From contig MU054323.1 of NCBI GenBank assembly GCA_013239625.1, positions 10,881,186-10,945,185 on the forward strand: DNA of 64,000 bases, written 5' to 3'. This DNA comes from Lama guanicoe. Taxonomy: Eukaryota. Shown one piece after another: positions 13,501 to 25,879 of this stretch. Made by a program: the position numbers and the translations under genes. Position 1 is the stretch's first letter. Every line of letters starts with the position of its first letter. The notes below the pieces were generated by a model that saw nothing but the letters and a program-made list of their open reading frames with translations, was not told the origin of the DNA and did not search any database.

Positions 13501-14329
13501 CTTTAGGAGTATTCTGATTTTAGAAGAGTTTCTCACCCCTATCACAAGAACATAGAGGACAACATTTAACACTAAGTTATATATCTGTAATGGCAGAATC
13601 CAAGGCAACATATTTAGAGGCAGGGAGTTTCTTCTAGCAAACTTTAAAACATACTATATAGGCAACCACATACCCTGCCAATGGGAGCAGGTAGCAGGCT
13701 TCTACACTATGTGGGGATTTTGATATAACACCCAGAGCTTATAAATATATTATCCACACAGAATATTTTCCTACTTAGTCTAGATTTTATTCTCTTGCTT
13801 CTTGGGAAAATCAAAGAGACTTTCAATGAGTTCAGGAAAAAGCATTCTCCAGGTAGGGAAAGCTCCCATCCTTCTAAATGATTAACATCCTTATGAATGA
13901 CCTAGAAGAGGAAATAAGAAGAAAGTTACTCAGAAAAGCACATGGTAGCAAGCTGAGACCAGGCAGAAATGTGAAGAAAGATTAAAAGAATAAGTTCATA
14001 AAGTTCCTGAATGCAGAACCTGGAAGTGAGCACACTGAGATCATCTTTTATTCTTGTCTGAGCCCTCTGGCTGACCTTGGGGGGAATGAAAGCAGCATGG
14101 GGAGGAGAAGGGCCCCAGCCTTAGACTCCACTCCACTGCCCCTCAGCCCACTCTGCACAGCGCCTGGGTTAAGGGTTGGCCGCAGCCAAGGCAACACAGA
14201 CTGGAAATTAAGCAGGCCTAAAATTTCAAAGGTCAATGATTTCAAAGAAAAACTCAGCAGAAAAAGCAGCCATCACTGAGGGGCAGAGAGCAGCAGTGGC
14301 TGCAATATTGCAAACCCTCCTCTGCTCAG

Positions 14330-14333
<4 letters not shown>

Positions 14334-14363
<30 letters not shown>
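14334..14363. repeat. (CA)n microsatellite
   Basis: About 14 CA units seen directly. Confidence 0.95.
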
Positions 14364-14364
<1 letters not shown>

Positions 14365-15479
14365 AATAAGCCCAAGGTTGTGAAGAAGGAGAGCTGCTTT
14401 CTTTTTAAAGAATTGTGAAACCTTTTATAGTCTCAGATATTTCCAAATCAGGTTTCAGAACAGCCAAAGGGCATGCAATTAAGCAAATGCTTTTGCAGCA
14501 TTCAAGAGTAAACACTTTATTTTCTTTGTTGTTGTACAAATCACAGTGGTGGAACTGTCCTTGAATCCCCAATGCAGTCCCTCTGAAGTGATCCTCATCA
14601 TTTCTTTCTTAGGTGCCTGTTGGTCTGTTACTTTACCTTTGCAAGTCTCAACTTATAAGCTTATCTATAGCATGAGATACAGCCACCCTTTCCACAGCTT
14701 AGGGTTGTTGCCAAAGTCAAAATAGAAAAGGTATCATCACTGGACAATGGCTTACAAACTGAAGGTAATGTAAAAATACTACTATTACTAACATTACTGT
14801 TGTCCCCGAAGCATATTTGGATTCGTTGTGTATATAATATTAGTGTGACCTTGGATAATACAATGTGGCTCTTGAGGATTAAATGAGACAGTACATATAC
14901 AGACTTCATATAGGCCCTCGCACACAGTATATATGCTCTGCGTGTCCTGGCTGTTGTTATCATTATTACCATCATCACCACCACCATCCCCGTCGTTATC
15001 AATATGTGTCATTAATTTTACATTATAAATGCCCTCAATTAGTGAACATTCTCTTGCTTTGATCCATGGGCATTTGGCTGCTTGTGCTTCCTTTTTAAGC
15101 TAATCTCTAAACCACCAAACAGCATTTTAAAAGCGAGAAGTAAGACTTATACTGATATCCCGAGAGGTTTTTCTCTTCCAAAAGATGAGGAATGCATGAA
15201 TGTGAGATTATTTTGAAAACCAAATAATGTACCCTCCATATTGTTAGTGTTCTGCCTAATTTTCATTTTTGTCAACAGCACTCACACAATGCTGTCACCA
15301 CCAAGCTTGGAAAATGCAGATCTGACAGCTGAGCCTTTTCAGCCTAATAGTCATGGAGCAGATTTTTCATTAGCTCTGGAACTGGTCAAAGGTAGTTTAT
15401 CTACCTGTGGACAAATCATGTCCCTCCTACCCATCTCCCTTCCCAAAACTCATAGCAGCATAGAATGTAAATGCTGGGA

Positions 15480-15640
15480 AAGCCCTCAGCAATCTAGTCA
15501 ATGCTTTCATTTTATAGATGGGGAAACTGAGACAAAGAATAATAAAAGATTTGCACAATACCCTGAAAGTGAGAGGTGGAAACAGGGCCAGAATCCATGT
15601 CTGCTTAACTCTCAACCCAGTGTTTTCACTACCCAGTTCC
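15480..15640 (-). mobile_element. MIR SINE
   Basis: catttttatagatggggaaactgagac MIR core. Confidence 0.8.
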
Positions 15641-16676
15641 ACCTCTTTTTGGAGTCAGATGGCACAGTCAGGGCCTTGGCACAAAGGGTGGAGGAAAGGT
15701 AGTTCATGCAGATGGGAGAAGCCAGGAGCAGCTAGAAATTAGCTGGCTTAGTGAAGATGAAACAAACACAAAAATAAGCCCCAGGAGCAGATAGAGGCAG
15801 GCATGAAACAAGGGAGGAATGGGGCAGACCTGTCCAAGGGATAGGCAGAACAGATGGGAGCCAAACCCAGCTGGCAGGGACATCTAGCCAAGCTGCTCAG
15901 AGGCAGCTACCTAAGATCCAGACTCATGGGACTCATTGTGTTACTCATTCCACACCTCTAGGAAGTCCAGCCCTGACCTGGAGTGACCAGGGCTGAGGGC
16001 TGGACTATCATTCTGAGACATAAAGGGTTGGCTTGATTTACAATGTTATTTTGATTATGGTTCTTCCAATCTTACCATTCCAAAAGGTCTCATGTGATGA
16101 AAGCTCAAGTCAAGAGTAGAAACTACAGGATGAGACTAAAGGTAAATCTTAAGTATAAAAGCCTGGAAAAACGAAGCAGGAATTTTCCTCCAACCCCTGA
16201 TATGGAGAGCACTCACCCAGGACTGAGTTTCTGAAAGAAATGACAATTAAAAGATTCAGAAGAAACTGACCCTTAATGAAAAGTAAGTTTCATGTGTTTC
16301 TCCCATGATTTACGTGTGCCTTAAAAAATGAATCTTAAAAATAGAATTTTTGTTCTGAGGCAAATATACAAAATGTGTGAAAGACCACGTTTCCTACCTA
16401 TTGGCATTCCTTTAATAGAATAATAGATTACCTTTACGGGAATGAAAAGGGAATTTTAGGCAGAAAATAGTGTGTGGTGTGCAATGGCACAGAAGCAAGA
16501 AACAGCATTTCTTGACCAAAGATCAGCAAGGATGGCTGTAGAATGAGGTGTGTATCAGATGACAATCACAGAAAGGGCTGGAAAAGCAGGCAAGGGATAG
16601 ATCTTGAAGGCCTTTGCACACTAGACGGGTTCCTTTGGACTTCATCACAATAGAACCTCATGGTGAGTCTCAAGTA

Positions 16677-17286
16677 CAGTCGATCCTCACTATTTCATAC
16701 CTTTGATATTTGCGAAGTCTCCTACTCCCTAAAATTTATTTGTAATGCCAAAATCAATTCTTGGCAATGCTTTCTTGGTTATTCACAGACATGCACAGAG
16801 CAGCAAACATTTTTGTGCAGATTCCCAGATGAGGTCAAACAAGGTGATGTTCTTTTTGTTTCAGCTCTCATACTATAAACCAGTGCCCTTTCTGCCATCT
16901 ATTTAGTGTCAAGTTTTTCACAGTTTTGTGCTTTCTATTGGTGATTTCACTGTTTAAAATAGTCCCCAAGTGCAGTGCTGGAGTGATGCACAGCAACAAG
17001 GCAGAGAAAATGCATGTGTTAGATAGGCTTCATTCAGGCATGAGTTACAGTGCTACTGGCCATGAGTTTAGTGTTAATGAATCAACAATATATATTAAAT
17101 AAGATGTTTTAAAATAGAAACACACATAAAATGGGGTTATATATTGATAGATTAAACTACTGTGACCAGAGGCTCACAGGAACCTAACTCTGCATTTCCC
17201 CTACGAGCACTGGTTCAATATTCACCAATTCAGAGTTCATGGCAACTTTATAGAACATCACTACCACATACAAAGAGAATCCACTC
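16677..17286. mobile_element. TcMar-Tigger non-autonomous element (MER44/Tigger7-like)
   Basis: Flanked by TA on both sides; imperfect TIRs cagtcgatcctc / gagaatccactc; internal ttcattcaggcatgagtta...ggccatgagtt...tgaatcaaca motif. Confidence 0.8.
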
Positions 17287-18044
17287 TACTTGGCACAGTT
17301 TTGTTTTATTTTACTTTAAAATTTCCATTTCACAAGTGGTGAACCAAAGTCTCACAAGGCTGAGACTTGCCCAAGGCCCCATATCTACTAAGTTATGGAG
17401 CCAGAGCTTAAACCCAAACGATCTGACTCCAAACTCCCATCATATTTCTACTCTGAAACACTGAGGATGCTAAAATAGCAGATATTCCAGTGTCTGGTAG
17501 ACCAGGTCTTAGAAATCTGCAGTCAGTTATGCCACAAAACTGAAAGATAACTCAGTTCAAGTCCTCAAATATGCCTAGCTGGTTCCTGATTGGAGGTAAT
17601 GGCCATGTAAAAAGCTAGAATCCTGCATGGCTCCAAATGAGCTGGGCTTTACAAAGATTAGACATTATCAGTGGCTTGTTACAGGATCCACATTGACCTG
17701 CTGGCAGCCCCTGGAAGAGCCCACTGTCTTAACATTTCACATGCCTGGTGGCCTGGAGTCAGGTAACAAAGGCTGGTCTATACACACTTAACAGTCCCTC
17801 CATCAACTCCAGAGCCCTCCTTCCATTTCCAAGTCCTGCTATATTTTTAAGGAAGACTGAACAGATTACGAAGCAAACCCAAAAGGGCATGGCTTTCTGG
17901 GGGAGTAAAACATGAAGAAGAGGCCATGGAGTGAAACAAAGTTGCACCCTTCTGCTCAGGCTGTGCTTCTTTTGGGTTCTTACATGACTGTTCTGTATCC
18001 ATCTGGTCTGCATGAAAGTGTAAACAAAACAAGTGAGTGATGAA

Positions 18045-18099
18045 GTGTGTGTGCGTGTGTGTGTGTGCGTGCGTGTGTGCGTGTGTGCGTGCATGTGTA
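18045..18099. repeat. (TG)n/(CGTG)n microsatellite
   Basis: Alternating purine-pyrimidine tract seen directly. Confidence 0.9.
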
Positions 18100-18560
18100 T
18101 GTTGGGCAAATGGTGGGGAAACCAAAATATCAAAAGAAAGAAAAATGGAATTTTTTCCCATCTCCTGTGTTAGTAATTGACCATCGCCATGAGCTCTATT
18201 TCAAACCCAAATCTTAAGAACATAAAATTCTTTCCAATCTTCCTCCAAAGAGAAAAAAATCAAAGTTGAAAAGCATCAAACTAGACTGCAGCAGCCCCAG
18301 GCTAATTGTGGAGTTTGTCTTAAGAGCCTCAGTTTCTCCTTCCAAAGTTTTCTGTCCCGTCTCAGACACTCAGGACCCCATGGTCTCACCCTATGTCCAC
18401 CCTCTAACAAGTATAGAATTTATTATTAAAAGGGACACCACAGGCCATCCAATCAGAATCTCTACCCAGGAATATACACCTTGGCACTACTAAGGGGTCT
18501 TTAAACCTCTACTGGAATAGTTCTCCATGTGATGTTATGGGAGAAGGGTTCCTCTAATAC

Positions 18561-18773
18561 CAGGGTCAAACTGTGGCCCATAGGCCAAACCTGACCTGCC
18601 ACCAGCTTTTGTAAATAATATTTTATTGTCACACAGCCAGTTTTATATGTACTTCTATGGCTGCTTTCACATCACAGTGGCAGACTTGAGTAACTGTGAC
18701 AAAGACTGTATGACTCATAAAGATGAGAATATCTACTATCTGTTCCTTTACAGAGAAAGTTTCCCAACTCCTG
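18561..18773 (+). mobile_element. MER58A hAT-Charlie MITE
   Basis: cagggtcaaactgtggccc...ttttgtaaataa...ttgagtaactgtgacaaagac...tttacagagaaagtttcccaactcctg, near full length with both TIR remnants. Confidence 0.88.
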
Positions 18774-19679
18774 CTTTTAATGAAATGGATAGGTTTTCTG
18801 ACATTACACTGAAATCTGCAATCTGCCCTGTTGGCCATCATTCTCTCTTGGAGTGCCATGGGAGACTATGTCCTCCTCCATTAGACAGCTCTCCCCTCTC
18901 CATCGTCTGACCATCCTTTGATTTTGTATAATCAGTCATTGTGGTTTCCTCTTGGTTCTCTCTTCCCTGAGATGGAAACCCCTGCCTTATTCAGTCACTG
19001 CTTGTATTCTAGAGGGGGACCAATGCACATCCATGTCTGATCATGCTTTGCATTTTTCACACCCACTCCCACCCCTCCCCTACTTCTGCCTCAGAAATCT
19101 TTGAGTTCTTAAACTTAAGTATTTAAATATATAGTGCTAGATATAACTCGTATTTATTCAGCCATCAATTCCCTTTACGAAGAGCCTGTCTGGTGAGGTT
19201 TGCTTTGCCTATCAATTTGTAGCTCCCAGCCAACTGGGTAGGGTAACAAGCAAATGTAGACAAGAAGGAAAAAAATGTTTCAACTGAGATTGGCTGGATA
19301 TTAGAATCAATGACTTTTGTAGCCAAAAAAGAGCTTATAGAACAACTCCTTTATTTGGCAGATGAGTGATCAGAGCCCCTGGGAGCTTATGGTCACAAAA
19401 TTGAGCAAGGGTAGGGATTTAGTCTAGAATTTAGGAGTTCTGACTCCAGGATCATTCTTTCCACTGCTTTTATTTTTGTCTCTTCATATGGCTTAATTCC
19501 TTTAAATCCATACAAAAATGTTTTGAATATCTCAATGAGCAAAAAACTGCAAGAGAAGAAGATCTATTTTGGGCCATATTATCCTATATCCAAGGATTCC
19601 CCTTCATCACACTTTCCCCAACTCTCTGAGGCTTTGGAGTCAGGCCTGGGACATTCAAAAAATATAAACATTTACATAA

Positions 19680-19890
19680 CTGATACAATTTACTGAGCAT
19701 TTACTGTATACCAAGCACTCTGACAACCGCTTTTGCACTGATCATCTCATTTAACTCTTACAACAACAAGAAGATAGATACTATTAACTCAGGAAATCAA
19801 GTATTAAAGAGCTAGCTGAGTGGCCATTTGGTGGAACTGGGAACCCACAACCAGATAACCTGACTCCAGACCTGGAACCCCGTGGCTCCC
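19680..19890 (-). mobile_element. MIR SINE
   Basis: tttactgagcatttactgt...atctcatttaactctt...ctgactccaga. Confidence 0.7.
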
Positions 19891-20150
19891 ACACTCTTCC
19901 TCCTTCCATTGCTGAAACCTCACTGGAGCTTATTTACTGCATGGCACAGAGTCTTTTCAGAGGTAAACATGAGCCTACAAGGCATTGCTTGGTTGTCCTC
20001 TCCCTAATACTATTCTTCTTCTCTTTCTCTTCTTTCATTTTCATGCTCAATAAAGCAATATTTTTTTTGTTCACTCAGTAAAGATCTATAATGGACCTAT
20101 TACAAATCTGCATTTCCTCTGTTTCTTCTCTTATTTTTCTCTCCTTTCAT

Positions 20151-20176
20151 TTGTTGTTGTTGTTGTTGTTGTTGTT
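20151..20176. repeat. (TTG)n microsatellite
   Basis: About 8 TTG units; source of the polyQ in ORF 20100-20336. Confidence 0.92.
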
Positions 20177-20669
20177 CTCCCTTTAATGGCTTAGATCTGC
20201 CTAAAGCACCCACAGGTATTCCCAACTCAGACAAGGCATGCAGGCATAACACTAAGCTCTCCTTTGGATCCTGTTCTGTTAAAAGCACAGTCAATGCTGT
20301 TTCAGTGCTGTTGACCCTATCTCCTCTAGCAGGCACCTGGCCCGGGGGTTAGAAAGGGACAAACTTGGACCCTGAATTCAGTTCTTCTTATATTGAGCCT
20401 TTCTGTACCACATACTATAACTGATACTGGAATACAAAGAGAAAAATACAGCCCGCCTGGAGTTTATCATCTGGTGGGGATCAGGGAAAGTTCTATGCAG
20501 AGGACAATGCTTAAGCTGAGCATTTCAGGATCAATAACACTCATCCGAACCCAGGAAGAGGAAGAAGGTGTCAGTTCATGTAGGGGTTCTAACACACACG
20601 ACCCTCAGTCTGGGGCCCACTGAGGATAGAGGAATCCCTTCAGCCTATTCATGGAGTGAGACCAAGGAT

Positions 20670-20910
20670 CCTTTACTCATTTAACAGCCGCAATTCAGCA
20701 AATGCCTACGCTGTATCTTATGCCCTTTAAACGGTGGTTCATTAATTCTTCACAACAAACTACGACATAGGTAGCATTAGCCCCATTATATAGATCATTG
20801 GAGCTTGGAGAAAGTAAGTTCTTTGCCCAAGTTTGGGCAGATAAGAAGTGAAAGAAGTGGAATTGGGAAACTGCTTATTCTGATTTTCAAGCCCATGCCC
20901 ATAACCTCTA
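20670..20910 (-). mobile_element. MIR SINE
   Basis: ttaattcttcacaacaa...ggtagcattagccccatt...ttgcccaag motifs. Confidence 0.7.
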
Positions 20911-21919
20911 TATACATTTATGCCCTCCCTGGAGCAGAATAAGCCTCTCTTTCCAATCTGAGACATTCTCCATCATTTACCCAGAGCTTTTATAAGAGAT
21001 TAAGTGGGGGACTGAATGTGCTCAGAAGGGTTATATGAACCTTGAGGGTAAATTGTCGGAAGAGCACAGGCAGTTGTGCCCGCACAGCAGTGTTCTCCCT
21101 CCAGAGGTGCTCAGCGGCACAGCAAGAAAGGCACACAGTGCTCAAGGGCAATATACCATTTTTCTGTCCTCTCTGCTACACTTTGCAAAGCTGGCATCTT
21201 TGCACAGCCCCTTAGTCTGGCTCTTGGGGTCTATGTCTCTATCCCCACCACTGCTAGGCCCCTGCCTTATGCCTGGATGTCTGGATGCCTGGTGGCCAGT
21301 AGCAACAGGTGACTCTGCAGTCTGTCAAGGCTCCCAGCACCCCTGGGCTCCAGGCTGAGCTCCAGATTGGTTCCAGCACAACCTTGGAGTGGAAATTACC
21401 AACTGCTTTTGATAATGACATGGCCACTGATGGATAAATGTTTAACTCTATATTCCAGATCCCTTGCTGAACTTAAGTATACAGTATTTTAAAAACAAAC
21501 AACAACAACATTGAAACCTGAAGTCAGCAGGTTTGCAATAATTAAACAAAGTCTTGCAGGCAGAGCTGATGCAAAGCCCAGGTCTAAAGCAGCTGGGTAA
21601 GCTGCAGGTTGGAGCCTGTGTCTGTACCTCCCTTTGGACCCAGCAGTTGGTGCCTGGCTGTGTGGGTCTGAGCACCAGGTGGAAGATGGGGAAACCAGGC
21701 CTCCTTAGAACAGAAGCTAGCTGTTGAGACTGAAAGAGTGGTGTGAGGCCAATAAACAGTGGGCTTGTTTTCCTCTAAACGCCCCCAGGGTGTTAGTTAC
21801 AGTCAGAACAATCTTAAATCAAACTCTGTTTTCTATCCACCAATCTTATGTCTGAGCAAGGTTAAGCTTTGTGAGACAGTTACCTGTGGCAGGCAGGCAC
21901 CTGACACCTGAGACAGCAG

Positions 21920-22720
21920 GAAGATTTAAAGTCAGAAGAAACAGATGAAGTGATGCCTCAGACACTTGCTGGCTGTGGAACCCAAGCACAGTCCAAATCT
22001 CCCTGAGCCTGTTTCTCACCTACAGATGAATAAAAGATGCTTTATATAGGCACAAAAACCCTATTCTGAGAATCAACTGAGTTAATCTATGCAGAGGGCA
22101 GACACATAGTAGGAGCTTAATCTCTCCTCCCTTTGGTAAAGACTTCCTTGTTTATATGTCAGATTCTCTTTTATAGTCTGAAAACTATCAGAACCCAACA
22201 TTTATTGTACTATAATTATTACTTTATAACTCCCTTTTCCTATGTGGAACTTAAGAAGAAAGGTATCTTTTTTAAAATCTTTCTTTGTACATCTAACACT
22301 TAATACACAGCCAATGTGCACCCCCAAAATGTTTGTTCAATAGGTGCACGCATCCATGTGCTGAGTGGAATAAATAATAGCTAGAAGGAAATTCCCATGT
22401 GTACTTATCAAAATATTTCTTTCCACTGCTCTCTCCTTGTCTTGCTCTTCCATCTTTTCATTCACTGATTCAGCAAACATTCAGTGAATAGTTCTTATGT
22501 ATCACTCCTACTCTAGGCACTATGAAAAGATAATGGTGAACAAGGCAAGGTCCTCATACTCTTCTAATCTTGTAGGAGTTACAGTGCAGGTCTGAAAGTT
22601 AAAACATGAGGCATGGGCCATGTCCTGCAAGGAATACCTGTAGTGTTCAAAGGGCTCTCTGAGTTTAGAGGAAGGAGTGATTTCTGGGGTTGCAGTGGCA
22701 ATTTCATGGAGCATGGGCCT
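21920..22720. mobile_element. Cluster of MIR and L2 fragments
   Basis: ctctccctgagcctgtttctc MIR core; cattcactgattcagcaaacatt L2 3' end pattern. Confidence 0.55.
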
Positions 22721-23699
22721 TTAGGTTTGTTTCACTCTGGCCTGGATTCTACAACTTCCTTACGATGCTCCCAAGCAAAGGGAGGCTAACGATTAGAATG
22801 TGGGCAGGACTAAGGAAAAAAGACTCCTAGCCATCAGCCAGACCTCACTTAACCAGGAAAAACTTTCCAGCTAGACCTCATGGGGTGCACATGCCTATGG
22901 CACAACCTAGCTAATAGAGTCTGGGACTAGATGAAGGTCACTTGGGGCCCAAGGCACTGCCAGCGACCACCTTGTCTTGTTTAGTCACTCATTTATTCCT
23001 CACCATTAATGTGATTCAGCACATGCTTGTGTTTGCTTCTTTCCATGTGCTTCAGACTCTGTATACCCTCTCAGTTATCACCTAAATGCCCAACACAGTA
23101 ATGGATGCAATTTAGTCTCCATCAGTCTTATCAGGTAAAACAATGTAAAGTCACCTCACAGGCTACTGTCATATCTATAGATTAGTTTTCCTTGGGTCAT
23201 GGCCAAGCCTCACATAATCAGCTGTGATGCAGTAGGGGGAATCACATGGTATAACATGGTATACATTGTGAAGGAACCTCTGATGACAACCTCCATCAGC
23301 AGGGCTCTGGGCAGAGACTCTGTTAGAAAGAGCATATTGATAAGGCAAGTACTTTGAGTGGCCTGTCCAGTCTAGCCTTGAAGCTTGGGTGGGATTTATA
23401 TGGGAGGAAACAACAGGTGAGGTACAGGGAAAGGGGGGAATATCCCAGTGGGGGGAAAACAGGCAAAGGCTTGGAGACAGCAAAGCTCAAGACAAAGCTA
23501 TCACTCTAGATTTTGTGATCATGGCCTGGCCTCTGGAAAATCAGGGATTTGGGGAAGTTCCAAGAAGCCAGTATTACTTATCAAGTGGTAAATACTGATC
23601 CTTGGTGAACAGAGAATCACTAATTCAGGAATGAGTAGGTTTGTATCTAGGAAAATTAAAAAACAGAATGCATTAATAGAGGATTCAAAACTGTTGGTA

Positions 23700-25850
23700 A
23701 TTAAAACTTACTCCCGAAGATAGCGGACTAAATATATGTCTTATTCCTCCCAAGACTTCATTAAGGATCAAATAGAACAGAGGGGCCATCAGCAGACCAG
23801 AGCATTCAAAAAAGGGAGAAGGCAATCATTCAGTAAGTACTGACTGATAACAGATGAAACTGTAGTCTAGAATACTTATGATGTTGGCTACAGATGACGA
23901 GGGAGTTAAATTTCAGGCAAACTTCCAGAGGGGGCAAGTACAGTGGAACCTGGAGTCAGAATGGAACGAAAATTAGAGGTGTGTCTGTTGAACAATTTAC
24001 CTCCACTCTCATATGCAGAATACTAGGTGCTAGGTAATTTGTCCCATGCGAAGGAGGAAAAAATGTCTCTTGTTCTGGTGAATCAGATTGAACTATGTGG
24101 GGAAGACTACAGTCTTTCTTTGAGCAAAGTCCCTGAGCAAAGTCCTCCTCATTTGGGCCTTTGGAAAGCCTTCAGGATAGGGCTTCCAAGATTCTATACC
24201 CTCAGGAAAGCTGCCAGTCAAGCCCAGACAAGAACGGAGAATTTCCAATCTTTTTCCAGCCTAAATCAAAAAATGACTGGGCAAAGCCTGAAAGCAAGCA
24301 AAGCCAGCAGCATAATAAGGAAACATCAAGATTAAAATAAAATGTCACCAGTAGAATTCAAGAAAATACTGAACTAATAAAGCAAGATCAGAGTGCCATT
24401 TTTTAAATATCAGAGAAAATAAAGATCTCTTGGAAATTAAAAATATAATTTCTCCAAAGTAAAAAATAAATAAATAAACAGAATCATTAGAAAATAAAGT
24501 TAAGTCTGAAAGTATATACTTTGAGGATGTAGAACAAAAACACCAATGTGATGGTGAGAGAAAAGAGACTTAGTGGTCAATTCAGAAAGTCTAGGTTCAA
24601 TTGAAAGGCCTCTTAATAGATAAAGTATAGTGTTCAAGGAGGAAGAAAGAAACTGTCCCACATCCAGACACATGAGCACCAAGCCTAACAGAAGCTAATA
24701 AAACTGTTGAGAAGCGGGGGCTAGGGGGTGGGGGGGAATGTTTACATATAAAAAAAAATCCAAGTTGACACCATATTTCTCATCAGGAATGTTGGATGCT
24801 AGAATATGACGAAGAATATCTTAAAGGCTGATGATAAATTATTTTAATCTAGAGTTCTTATAACCAGAAAATTGATAAATCCAAGTATGAAAGAAGAATA
24901 AAAGTATTTTGATACATACAAAACCTCAGAAACTTAATATTCCATGTATCCTCTTTTAAAAGTTACATTAGGATATAGTTCAACAAATTAGGGATGGAAA
25001 TAAAGAAAGAGGGAGCTATGGGACCCAGGATAATAATGGGATGCAACAAAGGATAACAACTTTAAAAAATCCTAATGTGACAGCTTCACTGGCCTAGCAA
25101 CCAGTGAAGAATGGATCAGGGAGACTGAGACCTCTAAGAAGGAAGATTTGAATTAAAAACAAACCACAAAAACAAACAAATAGAAGAAAACCAAGGGTGA
25201 AAGAAACACATTAGGAATGCTAAAAACATAAAATGCATGGGAGGAAATAAAGAAAGGCACTTACTCCAAGAAAAAATGAAAAGCTCTCAGGAAAATTATG
25301 GTCCAAATATGAAGCAACTGGCTCAACACAGAACAGGAGATTATTGTCCTTGAAGAAATGAACCTGATTTCGAACAGACAGACAAGTAAAAGGAGTAAGG
25401 TGAAAAGTTGTGCATTTCTTCCCTTAACAAGAGAAATGTAACACAATTCATAATTTCAGGATGACAGTAGAAGAGGAGTAAGAACAAGAAAGGCAAAGCC
25501 CAAATATGAAATCAGCTTAAATATGACATGATTTTCAGCAACTGGTGGAATGTAAGAAAAAAATTCATTGAGGATTTCCCCCTTAAGTTGCACAAGAGTA
25601 AAAGACATTGCAACTACAGAGAAAGAACTATAATCAGAGCATAGAACTTGGCTCTGCAATAAACAGCCAGCACCTCCTCACAATAACATCAAAGCTTTGT
25701 GTTGGCTTTCACTTTTGGAATTAACTTACAGCAAAGTCAAAGAAAACTTAATTATAATTCCAAAATATAATATAGGTACTCTCAACTTTAGAAATGAATG
25801 ATTCAGCTCACAGAAATTGAAAGGTGAAGGAAAAGGAAGTAATGCATACT
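23700..25850 (+). mobile_element. Ancient HAL1 (half-L1, ORF1-only) remnant
   Basis: aagatagcggac 5' motif; gatctcttggaaattaaaaatat...gaaaataaagtt...gtagaacaaaaa and aagagggagctatgggacccagga match my recollection of the HAL1 consensus; A-rich decayed ORF1. Confidence 0.7.
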
Positions 25851-25879
25851 CTAGAACTAATGTATTCTTTACTGTTGGT

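Noticed and set aside
15241..15702. Longest ORF in the track (153 aa)
   Set aside because: Starts at TTG, runs through a MIR (FHFIDGETE is MIR core) and has no protein similarity I recognise.
20100..20336. PolyQ-containing ORF
   Set aside because: The polyQ is simply the (TTG)n microsatellite.
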